Shown: one piece after another, positions 36,496-46,674 of the stretch
Position numbering within the stretch: position 1 is the first letter of the stretch
Layout of the letters: each line of letters opens with the position of its first letter
DNA from: Histomonas meleagridis 2922-C6/04-290x
Taxonomy: Eukaryota; Protista; Parabasalia
Assembly (NCBI GenBank): GCA_020184695.1
Contig: JAANOX010000243.1
Span: 620,001-684,000 of the forward strand
Length of the DNA: 64,000 bases
Direction: 5' to 3'
Made by a program: the position numbers and the translations under genes
The notes under the pieces: model-generated
Database searches by the model: none
Told to the model about the DNA's origin: nothing
The model's input: only the letters and a program-made list of their open reading frames with translations

Positions 36496-37461
36496 ATGGA
36501 AATTGAAAGAACAATATCTTCTGAAGGAATTCCAGATGGTTATTCTTTTGAACAAACAAGATCTAATATAATACTAAAATTTCAAGTTCCAAGATCTTAT
36601 GATTTATCAATGATTGAATTTAGCATTTATGATGGTACTATAATTGCAGGAATTAAAGGATCTGAACCTTTAATTTGTGGTAAAATGTTTGGTTCTATAA
36701 TCAGGGAAAATCATTACATTACAGATGGTATGTTTAGAATTGATATAAAAAAAGCAGATTCTCAAATATGGCCTGTTTTTATAATCAACCCATCAGATCA
36801 AGGAATCGATCCCAAGTCTCAGTTTATTTTAGGCGTATATAACGATGCTTTAGGAAATGAAAATGAAGCATTTTCAAACATCTACCAAAGTGCTCAACGA
36901 AATTACTTTCCAGCTCAGATATTTGTTTCTGATATATTCCTATCCGATGCTAATCCATATGGAGTTAAAAAAGATCCAGTCAAAGCAATTCAATTTCTTG
37001 AATCAATATCTCCTGAAAAACTAACTGAAAACATTTCATTAACACTTGCAAATGCACACCTAAGCATAGGCCAACGATCTGAAGCAATGAATGTCCTAAG
37101 ATCTATTTCAAGGAGTTCACAAATAGCGAAACTTCAACTTGCGAAGATGATGTCGCCGATAGCGGATGTAAACGGTCAACAGCCTGAGGAAGCCGTTAAG
37201 CTCCTTGAATCACTTTCGAATGAAGGCAACTTAGAAGCTCTGGAACTTCTATCAAAACATTATCTTAAAGGCATTGGCGTCAAAAAAGACAAAAATCGTT
37301 CCAGAGAAATTGAACAAAGAATTCGAGAAATTGATCCAAAGTATTTTCCAGAAAGCAAATTCAGTGGCACAGCTAAAAATGTTCTTGTTGCAGCATGTAT
37401 ATCAACAGTGCTAATTGGCGCTGTTACACTTATACGGATTTGGCGTCAACAAAACAAATGA
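36496..37461 (+). CDS. CS/p23-like domain plus Sel1-like repeats, C-terminal membrane anchor
   Basis: YSFEQTRSNIILKFQVP (CS-like); GVKKDPVKAIQFLE and YLKGIGVKKD (Sel1); hydrophobic C-terminus. Confidence 0.65.
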   Translation: MEIERTISSEGIPDGYSFEQTRSNIILKFQVPRSYDLSMIEFSIYDGTIIAGIKGSEPLICGKMFGSIIRENHYITDGMFRIDIKKADSQIWPVFIINPSDQGIDPKSQFILGVYNDALGNENEAFSNIYQSAQRNYFPAQIFVSDIFLSDANPYGVKKDPVKAIQFLESISPEKLTENISLTLANAHLSIGQRSEAMNVLRSISRSSQIAKLQLAKMMSPIADVNGQQPEEAVKLLESLSNEGNLEALELLSKHYLKGIGVKKDKNRSREIEQRIREIDPKYFPESKFSGTAKNVLVAACISTVLIGAVTLIRIWRQQNK

Positions 37462-38368
37462 TTCTTTTGATATCATAAGAAACTTTTTTCAAAATTAATT
37501 TTATCTTTCGACAAGTGTTAAATAATATATCAAAGAATTGTAAAAAATGTTGAGTGATATATTTTTTCTTTTTTTCATGTAAATTCGGAAGTAAACGATC
37601 GTTTCTGCGAAAACAGTTGGGTTCGGAAACTGTTTCCGATTATTGAATTTATTTCAAGATTTGCTTGTGAAAGAACTTGATTTAAATTTAAGTTTAATTT
37701 TACATGAGTTAATATCATGCACATATTCAACAAAACTTATTAAGATGAATGTAATAATTTGCAAAAGAGTTAAGACTTTTTTGAGATATTAATTAAAGAA
37801 TTCATTAAGATTATGCAATGGTGCATAAACAAGAAGGTCTTCGGTATATGTAATCGATATATAACTGACTAGTCACTCCCTTTCGGTATTTAGAAAACAT
37901 CCAGATAAATTCATTATTTGATTTTTAATTTTTTTATGATTATTGATTTTTTTACAGCATCCACTGCTTCATAGCATGCGTTATGATAGTTAATATTTCA
38001 AATATTCAAATCTTGTAACATGGATATCCCAATTTGGCTTCAACTTTTCCTTTTTTATATTGATAATTTATATAATAATCATTTTAACAATAAATATGTC
38101 TGCACATAAACATGGAAATTATTATTACTATATAATAATTTTTTTTTTTTTTTCAAAATGTTTAATTATATGCGAAGACTTATTAGGAATGAAAATACCG
38201 AATTTTAGTTCTTCAGCTTTTCCTAAATGTGAAGTTCTGTGCTTCAGCACTAAAATTCGGTATTTTATTTCCTAATAAGTCTTCGCACTTACGCTGAAGC
38301 TTCAGCTAAAGTTCATCTGATTCACAAACAGCGAAAACGAAAAAATTCAAAAGTTATAAATTTCCACT

Positions 38369-39721
38369 TTACTGCGGGTGCTGGTACGCTCTTCCGTATT
38401 GTTTTTGCTGTGTTCCCTTCAAGTCCAAATTCACCAAATCCCCGAACTCGTCGAGCAGTCCGGGCTTCTTCTGTTGTTGCTGCGGCTGTTGTTGTGGTTT
38501 CGTTTGCTGCTGTTGTGGCTGTTGTTGTTGCTGCGGCTGTTGTTGTGGCGTGAATGACAAGTCGAGGAAATTGTTCTGTTGCTGCTGTTGTTGTTGCGGT
38601 TGCGATTGCGGTTGCTGCTGCGGCGTGCCGAAGAGAAGTGAGTCCAGTTGTGGCGGCTGGTTTATGCTGAGGAGCTCATTGTTGTTTGTGTTTTGTGGTC
38701 TATTGAATTGATTTTGCTGATTGTTAAATTGATTGAAATTGTTTTGTTGTTGTTGCTGTTGATTGCCAAATGGATCAAATCGATTTTGATTTTGATTTTG
38801 TTGTTGTGGTCTATTGAATTGATTGTTGCTGTTGGAATTGCTGAAGGGATCAAATCGATTTTGATTTTGATTTTGTTGCTGTTGTTGTCTATTGTATTGA
38901 TTTTGTTGGCTTTGGTTACCAAATGGATCAAATGTGTTTTGGTTTTGTTGATTTTGGTTGTTGTATTGATTTTGATTATTATTATTGTTGCTGAATGGAT
39001 CAAATCGGTTTTGGTTTTGGTTTTGCTGCTGTTGGTTGCTGTATTGGTTCTGTTGTTGTGGTTGGTCAGCAAAGTCATCGCTGTATTCATATTCGTCATC
39101 TTGTAATTTAGGCACTTCATTACGACGCTGTGGAATGTCTTCATCTACAAAAGAAGTACTGTTTCCATATGATGAATTGCCGTAGGAAGAGTTGCCATAT
39201 GATGATCCATAATCATAGCCGCCGTATCCATAGCCATTATTGGAAACTGAGGAAACAGAACCACGAAGCTTCATGGAGCGTTCCCTTTCCATTTTATAAA
39301 CATCATCATCATTGATAAGGGAAAGAATATCTTGAGATTTTTTACGAATGACAGCTTCTAAAGCTGCTTCTTCGCCAACCTCATGCTTGTGGAAGTATGT
39401 AAGATACTGTAGTTGAGATGTCATCATTCTTGCATCAGAACGCCATGATTCAGCACCATTACGAATAAGATATTCAAGTAAAAGTAATGACTTTTGTATA
39501 TGGCGAACTTCATTGTTTTCACCCATACGCTCTCTCATTATAGCCTTGATTTCTTCAAGGTTTTGGTAGTTACGAGACATTGCACAAATTTCTTGCATTT
39601 GGGTGTTAGAAGGACCCCAAGGATCATCATTCGTTGCTTCTAAGACAGCTTTCTCAGCTTCTGTCTTTCGGGTAATCGCATATTGGGCTGCACGCGCCTT
39701 TTCTTTTATCCACGATTTCAT
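38369..39721 (-). CDS. Epsin/ENTH-domain clathrin adaptor with Q/N-rich tail
   Basis: VLEATNDDPWGPS...KSLLLLEYLIRNG ENTH signature; four FDPF motifs; clathrin-box-like LLDEF. Confidence 0.9.
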   Translation of the reverse strand: MKSWIKEKARAAQYAITRKTEAEKAVLEATNDDPWGPSNTQMQEICAMSRNYQNLEEIKAIMRERMGENNEVRHIQKSLLLLEYLIRNGAESWRSDARMMTSQLQYLTYFHKHEVGEEAALEAVIRKKSQDILSLINDDDVYKMERERSMKLRGSVSSVSNNGYGYGGYDYGSSYGNSSYGNSSYGNSTSFVDEDIPQRRNEVPKLQDDEYEYSDDFADQPQQQNQYSNQQQQNQNQNRFDPFSNNNNNQNQYNNQNQQNQNTFDPFGNQSQQNQYNRQQQQQNQNQNRFDPFSNSNSNNQFNRPQQQNQNQNRFDPFGNQQQQQQNNFNQFNNQQNQFNRPQNTNNNELLSINQPPQLDSLLFGTPQQQPQSQPQQQQQQQNNFLDLSFTPQQQPQQQQQPQQQQTKPQQQPQQQQKKPGLLDEFGDLVNLDLKGTQQKQYGRAYQHPQ

Positions 39722-40156
39722 TGTTTTGAAAACGGTTTTAATCAATTAACAAAAGTTTACCAATTGAAGTTATATTTAATGACAAATCGCAAAAAATGTC
39801 AAATGTAAATGATTTCATCAATTAGAAATACTATATAAAGAAGTCTTCTTTTCTTTTTTATTAATTAGTTATTCTTTTGGTTGTGTGATTAATTTTAATC
39901 TCGACAAATTTCATGATAATTTGATAAAAAGTTATTTTTTTATAAAGGCTTTAAATCTTATTTATTAATAGGATATAATACATATATACACATTTGTCAT
40001 ATTCATATTTTTAGGTTTATGAATTTGCACAGTTTTTTTAACAAAAACTATTTAATAAAGTTAATCGATGTTTATTATAATTAAAAAATTAAATTCACAT
40101 GAAAACAATTTAATTTTCGGAAATTAGAAAAAAAAAATTTTTAATCGCAACAAATT

Positions 40157-41155
40157 TTATTTACCGGCATAAACAATTGATGTCCTTTGTGTTCCAGGTA
40201 ATAATCTCCTTGTAAGTAATGGGTTATCTTTAAGATTTCTAGACGATGGCAAAAGTGGATGAATTCTATACGTTCGATTACTATTTGCTTTCATTAACGC
40301 TTGGAAAGAATTAGCTCTCTTTCGCTGCGGCTGCTTTGTAACCCACGGGTGGTAAAGCACTTCTTCAATTGTGAGTCGAATTGAAGGCTGTGGTTGCATC
40401 AAAGAATTGATGAGGTGACAAAGCGAGGATGAAATTCCACTCGGAATATGGAATCGCGCTGTTCGTATCTGGAAGTATAGCTGACTTTCATTCGATATTT
40501 CCCATGGAATTTTACCTGTGACCATTATATATAATATAACACCTAGAGACCATATATCCGCTTTTTTGCCATCATAGGGATGACCAGCTATAACTTCAGG
40601 AGCTGAATATACAGGTGAGCCACATATTGAGTTGAGCAATGTGTTTTGTTCTGTTTCATGAGAAAGTCCAAAATCTGTGATTTTCACATTAAAGTTAGAA
40701 TCAAGTAAAATATTGGCGGGCTTTAGATCTCTGTGCGCAATGTTGTTGTCATGAAGATATTTTAAACCAGATGCAATTTGAAGAAAAATTGAACTTGCTA
40801 CATCTTCATTTAACTGATGTTGTGACTGAATAAATTGTGATAAATCACCATTAGGACAATATTCCATCACAATGTATATGCATTTGTCATCAAAAAGGAG
40901 ATCTTTCATCCGAGCAATATATGGGCTTTTAATTTTTGACAGTAAAGTAGCTTCCCTTTGAAATCTCTCTACTGTTCCTTTTTCTATCAAGTATTCTTTT
41001 GATATGACTTTAACTGCAACTTTTTCATTTGTTTTAATATCAGTCATTAAAACAACAACTGAAAAAGAGCCACCACCAATTTTTGCTTCTAATTGATAGT
41101 GGCCAATTCTACTTGGGATATATACGATGAAGTTATGAGCAATTATTGTTTTCAT
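40157..41155 (-). CDS. CAMK-group (SNF1/AMPK-like) Ser/Thr protein kinase
   Basis: GGGSFSVV, VAVK, HRDLKPAN, DFG, CGSPVYSAPE, DIWSLG. Confidence 0.95.
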   Translation of the reverse strand: MKTIIAHNFIVYIPSRIGHYQLEAKIGGGSFSVVVLMTDIKTNEKVAVKVISKEYLIEKGTVERFQREATLLSKIKSPYIARMKDLLFDDKCIYIVMEYCPNGDLSQFIQSQHQLNEDVASSIFLQIASGLKYLHDNNIAHRDLKPANILLDSNFNVKITDFGLSHETEQNTLLNSICGSPVYSAPEVIAGHPYDGKKADIWSLGVILYIMVTGKIPWEISNESQLYFQIRTARFHIPSGISSSLCHLINSLMQPQPSIRLTIEEVLYHPWVTKQPQRKRANSFQALMKANSNRTYRIHPLLPSSRNLKDNPLLTRRLLPGTQRTSIVYAGK

Positions 41156-41962
41156 CCCAAAAAATTTCTGTTATTTGAAAACGAGAATTTTCCCACATCC
41201 CGAAAATTTCGATTCGATAGAACCTTTAATTACAAAAAAAAGTTTTTTTGTAGATGTTTGGGATATTTGTTAAAGTCTAGTTTTGGTGTATCTAAATGGA
41301 CCTCAAGTTCGTAATATAGTATGCATGTTTTTTTATTTTTTTTTAAAATAATCTTTCCTGTTTGATTGAGAATCTATGTTTTAAATTTCATTTGTATCGT
41401 ATCCAATCTTAATATGCAATAACACACACTAATTAGTGTATGTTTGAATCTAGAATTTGTTGATTTAAACCCAATTGGTTTAGGCTTGTCTATATTTGCT
41501 AAAAAAACTATTAAATATCTAAAAAATGAAGAAAGAAATCATTACAAAACATCAAACATTATCCGAGCCTTGTTAAATTCTAAATATTGTCTTGAAATAA
41601 TACAATAAAAACTCTAATATTTTTATACCCAAAATATTATTATTAAATTATAAAGAAAGAGGGTTGGAAAAGAAGTGCCTTTACAAAATAATATCCTATG
41701 ACTTCATTATTTTAGACAGCAAGCAAAAAACTATATATATCAAATAAAAATATTATTTCATTTAACTTCTAAAATCTTAACACAGACATAAAAATAAATC
41801 CTTTAATCGTTTTTTACTAAATAAACCAAATCATGACTGATTTTCTTCCAATATAATCATTTATTTTTTCCGAAAATTTTTCCCTTTTTCTTTATAACAT
41901 ATTGAATACCATGGATAGTTTTTAAAAGTAAACATAGAGATTTATGCATCTATTTTTGATAT

Positions 41963-42334
41963 TTATGTTGCAATTGTATACGCAACATCCATAAGATAAC
42001 CGGGACGGAAACCAAAATCCTTGAGTGTAACAACATCTGTTGGTTCAGTGCTTGTTAAATCAACAATACCAAGTGGTTTGATAATCCAACCACCTTCATT
42101 TAAATCAGGTACGAGCATTTTAAATGATATTGTATGGACGCTAGCAATACGTGCTGTTTGTATAATTGTGTAAGCTAATTCTTTAAGAGTTGCGTCTGCC
42201 CATGTATATAAATATAATTCTGGAGAAGGAAAACTTTTCACAAAATCAACTATGGTATGGTGTGCATTTTTTTGGTAAAATACACGTATCAAAGTTGGGC
42301 ATGTTTCTAATCTATTTACAATTTCTGTATTCAT
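41963..42334 (-). CDS. SAP18: Sin3-associated polypeptide SAP18
   Basis: VNRLETCPTLIRVF...ELYLYTWADATLKEL...DFGFRPGYLMDVA matches SAP18 (DREKTCPLLLRVF...TW.DATLKEL). Confidence 0.85.
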   Translation of the reverse strand: MNTEIVNRLETCPTLIRVFYQKNAHHTIVDFVKSFPSPELYLYTWADATLKELAYTIIQTARIASVHTISFKMLVPDLNEGGWIIKPLGIVDLTSTEPTDVVTLKDFGFRPGYLMDVAYTIAT

Positions 42335-42396
42335 TTTGCTTTCCTTTTTATTTCACATCAAATGTCATACTTAAAGCAAATCTGGTTGAATTCCAG

Positions 42397-43656
42397 ATGA
42401 AACAAAGTGGAAACCTATATGATGAATACCAACTATCCAAAGCAATGAAGGAGGTTCCAGTTCCAACTTCAGATATCGATGTAAAAATATATCTTCGAAA
42501 ACTGAAACAACCAATTTGTTTATTTGGAGAAGATGCAAAAGAACGTAAAGACCGTCTAAGGCTAATCCTTGCAAAAGGGATTGCATCGAATGTTCCTATA
42601 CAAGAAGAAGTTCCAGAACTAATCCCAAAATATGTTGAAGGAGATGAGAAAATTGGAGAAGCAAAACGATTTTTCATTGACTATTCAATTCATAGAGCAC
42701 AACAGCGTATTGAAAACGAGAAACCCATTGATCAACCACGAATTGATTTCACAAATGAAGTTGGCCGATCATTTCAATCATTTTCAACATATGCAAGTGA
42801 GTCAGCTGACAAAAGGCCTTTAACATCTCTTTCTGTTCATGGTGATTTATTTGCACTTGGTAGTTTTTCATCCAACATCACTGTTTTTTCAGCATCTTCA
42901 ATGGAACTTCAACAAAAGCTACAAGGGCACAGTGATAGAATAACATCTTTATCATTTGTCAGCGGAAACGTTCTTTTTTCCACATCATTCGACAAAACCG
43001 TTCGTTTCTGGCGTATCGGCAGTGACGATACAGCCTTTCTATCGTTTGACCAGTTTGCGCAATCTTCAGCATCGCATCCATCAGAGCGCTTTTCACTTGC
43101 TGGTCTTACTGATGGTACTTTTTGTCTTATAGATGTTGAAACTCAACAAGTCATTTCTCGTATGAAATCTCATGATGGTACTGTATCGACATTATGTGTT
43201 CATCCTGATGGTAGCATTGTTATGACCGGTGGTAGTGATACCATTGGTCGATTATGGGATTTACGAAGTATGAAATCTATCAAAGTTATGCAAGGTCATA
43301 GTTCTGGGATAACTTGCTCAAGGTTCGATAACGACTACCACGTTGTATCAGGAGGCGCTGATAATTCCATCATTTCTTGGGATATGAGGAACTTAAGCCG
43401 CTCCAAAACAATTTCAGCGCATACATCGCCGGTTTCGGCGGTTTATTTGAATGGCGACATTTTGCTCAGTTCGTCTTTGGACAGAACAATGAAGATATGG
43501 AGCCTCCTTGACTTCAGGCTTTATTGTACAATAACTGATTGCCCGTCCCCTGTGACTTCGTGCGCATTCATTGATTGTAATTTCTCAGATCAGCCTTACA
43601 TATTATCAGCTTCACGTGATGGCTACTGGAGATTATACCACAACGCAGCGTTGTGA
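42397..43656 (+). CDS. PRPF4: U4/U6 snRNP WD40 protein PRP4 (PRPF4)
   Basis: VPTSDIDVKIYLRKLKQPICLFGEDAKERKDRLR (Prp18-binding motif) followed by WD40 repeats; the upstream part of the track ORF overlaps SAP18 and is discarded. Confidence 0.88.
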   Translation: MKQSGNLYDEYQLSKAMKEVPVPTSDIDVKIYLRKLKQPICLFGEDAKERKDRLRLILAKGIASNVPIQEEVPELIPKYVEGDEKIGEAKRFFIDYSIHRAQQRIENEKPIDQPRIDFTNEVGRSFQSFSTYASESADKRPLTSLSVHGDLFALGSFSSNITVFSASSMELQQKLQGHSDRITSLSFVSGNVLFSTSFDKTVRFWRIGSDDTAFLSFDQFAQSSASHPSERFSLAGLTDGTFCLIDVETQQVISRMKSHDGTVSTLCVHPDGSIVMTGGSDTIGRLWDLRSMKSIKVMQGHSSGITCSRFDNDYHVVSGGADNSIISWDMRNLSRSKTISAHTSPVSAVYLNGDILLSSSLDRTMKIWSLLDFRLYCTITDCPSPVTSCAFIDCNFSDQPYILSASRDGYWRLYHNAAL

Positions 43657-45179
43657 ACTTGGTGTTATATATAAAGTTTTATATAATTTTTAAATTCTTT
43701 TTAAGATTTGTTACATGCTGAATTCCTTATTATATAATATATATTATATAAATTGTGCCCTTATTTATATAAAAATCACAATTAGAAAATAAGAGAACAG
43801 TAAGAAAATATCAAAGTAATTTTTTTAAATGCAAAAAGAAAACGCATTTTGCCATAAGTTTATGTTATAATATTGATTGTAATCGCAATAGAGTGCATAA
43901 ATAATCTATTAATTTTAATGAGAGAGAACAAATTGACATTCCAAACAGTACACCTTGAAGAATCTATGTTGGGAGATCTAGATGACCATATCATGATTTT
44001 GAACCAAGAAATTAAAGATTTTATGATATGGAATTAAATGAGGAAGTGATGCATGGTGTCTACATTTCTGGTTATAAGAGTCAGACTCTTGAGAACATTA
44101 GCAATTCAGCCAATCAAAATGGAACACAACGTTATTGACTTAGCTCCTCCTGAGGCTGAAAAACAGTGTCTTTTTCGATAGGAATTCTATAAAAAATTGA
44201 AACATCCAAACAAACAACACAACCCCTTATCATTCTACCCAGTGATATTTTTGTTACATGCACTTGCTACACAATGATTTCAATTGAACATGTTTCTATA
44301 ACCACAGCAAAAATTGCTGTTAGTCTTATTCAATTTAAGGTTTTCTTCATGCGAGACAATCACTTGCAAGTGGAAGATATTTTCCAATTTTGGCCCACAA
44401 TTTCAATTTCTTTTTTTCACATCTTTCGTTGGCGTCATTCTATTTATGGAACAACATATGCCTAATCCCAGTCAATGAATGATAATATATTTTCTTAAAT
44501 TAATGTTTTCATGAATATTGTGTCATTAATGAAATTATATCTTAATCGATATTCCCTTATTTAAATACAAATGGAATCAACAAAAACATAATGTTTTTTT
44601 GATAAGTGCAACTTTTAGGGATCCTTTTATCTACAGAGGGTAATAATATTCAGAATATCATGAATAATTATGTATGAGCAAAAACTCTATTGATCAATAT
44701 TGCTTCGAGTTGTCATATTCATATGATAATCAAAAGTAAGTTAGAAATGAATATTATCAATTTATAAATTGTTAATCATATATTGATTAAAATAAATAAG
44801 ATAATTTTTTTTTTTATTTTATATAAAATTGATTGTGAAAGAGAGATTCAATGTTATATCATTTGATACATTTAAAGTAAACACAAAAATTACATATTTT
44901 TAAATAAATGTTAAAAGAAACGTGATTAATAAGAAAACGAATATCGAAAAAATGTAAATCTGATTCCATATTGGTGAGTACACACTCTTAATATTTAAAA
45001 GATCTATGAATTAATACATTTATAAAATTTTTAATAATGTTTTATTTATCACAATGTGTCATCAACAAAAATCATTACAGAGCAATATTATAAGCAAAAC
45101 AAATAATCTATATATTTAGAAAGACCAAATTTTTATTAATAAAAAATATAGGAAAGTAATTAGTATATGTTGAAAGCAA

Positions 45180-45782
45180 TTATGTACTTTCATTAGATGA
45201 ATTTTGCTCTGATTTGCTTTCTTCTTCATTCACTAATTCAAAAAGAACATCTTCTTTAATGTTCATTGCAACAGATGTTATCTCTTTTTGATTAGAATGA
45301 TGCGCATTTGTGAATAGGATCAGGTTGATGGCTTGGCAAGCAATTCCAACCGCACAAATTATAATTCCAAGAAGCCTTGCTTTAAATATATTTATAAATA
45401 AGCAAACTACCCATATTACTATTGATGCAAAGAAACCAATCCAAAAGGTATTTGAAAGCACTACACTTGGGATAAATGGTGCTGGCTTTGCATAATATTG
45501 GATTATTGAATCATTTTTTTCTGGATCAATATTCCATTTCAATCCTGTCATTTTTAATCCAAGTTGATTTTTTGTTAATACAAATTCTATTATCTGTGAA
45601 ATCAAAAAGATTACAAGTGAGATATTTGGTTCTTTAAAATTTGTTAAAACAATTACAAGATAAACAATAAAAGGAAGTGTTTTAATAAAAATAAAACTCA
45701 ACCATGGGTGATTTGAAATAAAAGGGTTTGTGCTTCCAGTTGAAAGCTCAGCCGATTGCTCCATTATTTGGAAACGGGACAC
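45180..45782 (-). CDS. TVP23: Golgi membrane protein TVP23/FAM18 (DUF846)
   Basis: HPWLSFIFIK..., KNQLGLKMTGLKW (cf. GRLLVGLRWW); four hydrophobic segments. Confidence 0.7.
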   Translation of the reverse strand: MSRFQIMEQSAELSTGSTNPFISNHPWLSFIFIKTLPFIVYLVIVLTNFKEPNISLVIFLISQIIEFVLTKNQLGLKMTGLKWNIDPEKNDSIIQYYAKPAPFIPSVVLSNTFWIGFFASIVIWVVCLFINIFKARLLGIIICAVGIACQAINLILFTNAHHSNQKEITSVAMNIKEDVLFELVNEEESKSEQNSSNEST

Positions 45783-45854
45783 CCCATTCAGAGTAAACCA
45801 TTCAAAAACAAATAGAAAAAATCCATTTTCAACTTTGGCTAAAATTTGCTTTAT

Positions 45855-46178
45855 TTAAGCTATTGGTTGGTTAATAGATTGTGAGCTTTGGTTAAGCTTA
45901 TCAAGTTGACGAGTATCTTGGCAAACAGCACATGGACCGCAGAATGTGTAAACTAAGCAATCAGTAGTATAATGGGAATCCGTTTGACCAAGCATCTTTC
46001 TGATGTTAGATCGAGTCCAAATTGGGCATGCATAACCGCAAAGATGGCAAATTGTGCATGGTTCATTTCTTGAGTCAGCCCAATTTTGTGCAGCAGAACA
46101 TTCGAAGCAAAACATTGTGTAAAGGCATCCTTTGATATCTTTAAAGCACTCGAAAAGACCGGTTGAATACTCAGCCAT
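45855..46178 (-). CDS. PLAC8-family cysteine-rich protein
   Basis: YSTGLFECFKDIKGCLYTMFC...RSNIR...DCLVYTFCGPCAVCQ. Confidence 0.85.
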   Translation of the reverse strand: MAEYSTGLFECFKDIKGCLYTMFCFECSAAQNWADSRNEPCTICHLCGYACPIWTRSNIRKMLGQTDSHYTTDCLVYTFCGPCAVCQDTRQLDKLNQSSQSINQPIA

Positions 46179-46674
46179 AGCGAAATGAGGTGTCAAATGT
46201 CGTAATTGAATGAATTGAAAATAAGAATAAAAATATCTAATTATAAAAACATCGCATTAATTATTATTTTAATTAGCTTCATTTTCTACTTTGAATATAA
46301 AACATTTTTTTACTTCAAGAATTAAAAAAATTTGAAAAATTCGAGATAAACATATTTTTCCGAGTTGTGAGAAAAAACGCGTTTTATGACTTTTTGAACA
46401 TATAACCGCAAACCATATCCCCCAGAAAACTGTTTGTAAACTTAGTAAAAAGTTGAATAATCTGTAGGGATTTTTTGTATATATTTAGCTCTTAAGTGGT
46501 TTGATTATTACTATTTACCCAATCTTAATGATTACACAAGCTTTCTTTGGCAAGGGCAATTTTATTCCGTTCGACAAAATATCTTCAACAACAATCGATG
46601 GATTCAAATTGTTGAACAAATTTTGCAGAATTGTGAAAACAGAAAAAGAACTTATCTCTTATTTATTCAATAGC

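Noticed and set aside
38648-39315. Overlapping or antisense ORFs over the epsin repeat, and the many other 60-180 aa shadow ORFs in the track
   Set aside because: By-products of low-complexity or biased codon usage in real genes; no independent motifs.
43900-44470. Slightly GC-richer intergenic block that might be a transposon or pseudogene relic
   Set aside because: No terminal repeats, target-site duplication or recognisable protein motif found by eye; needs BLASTX.
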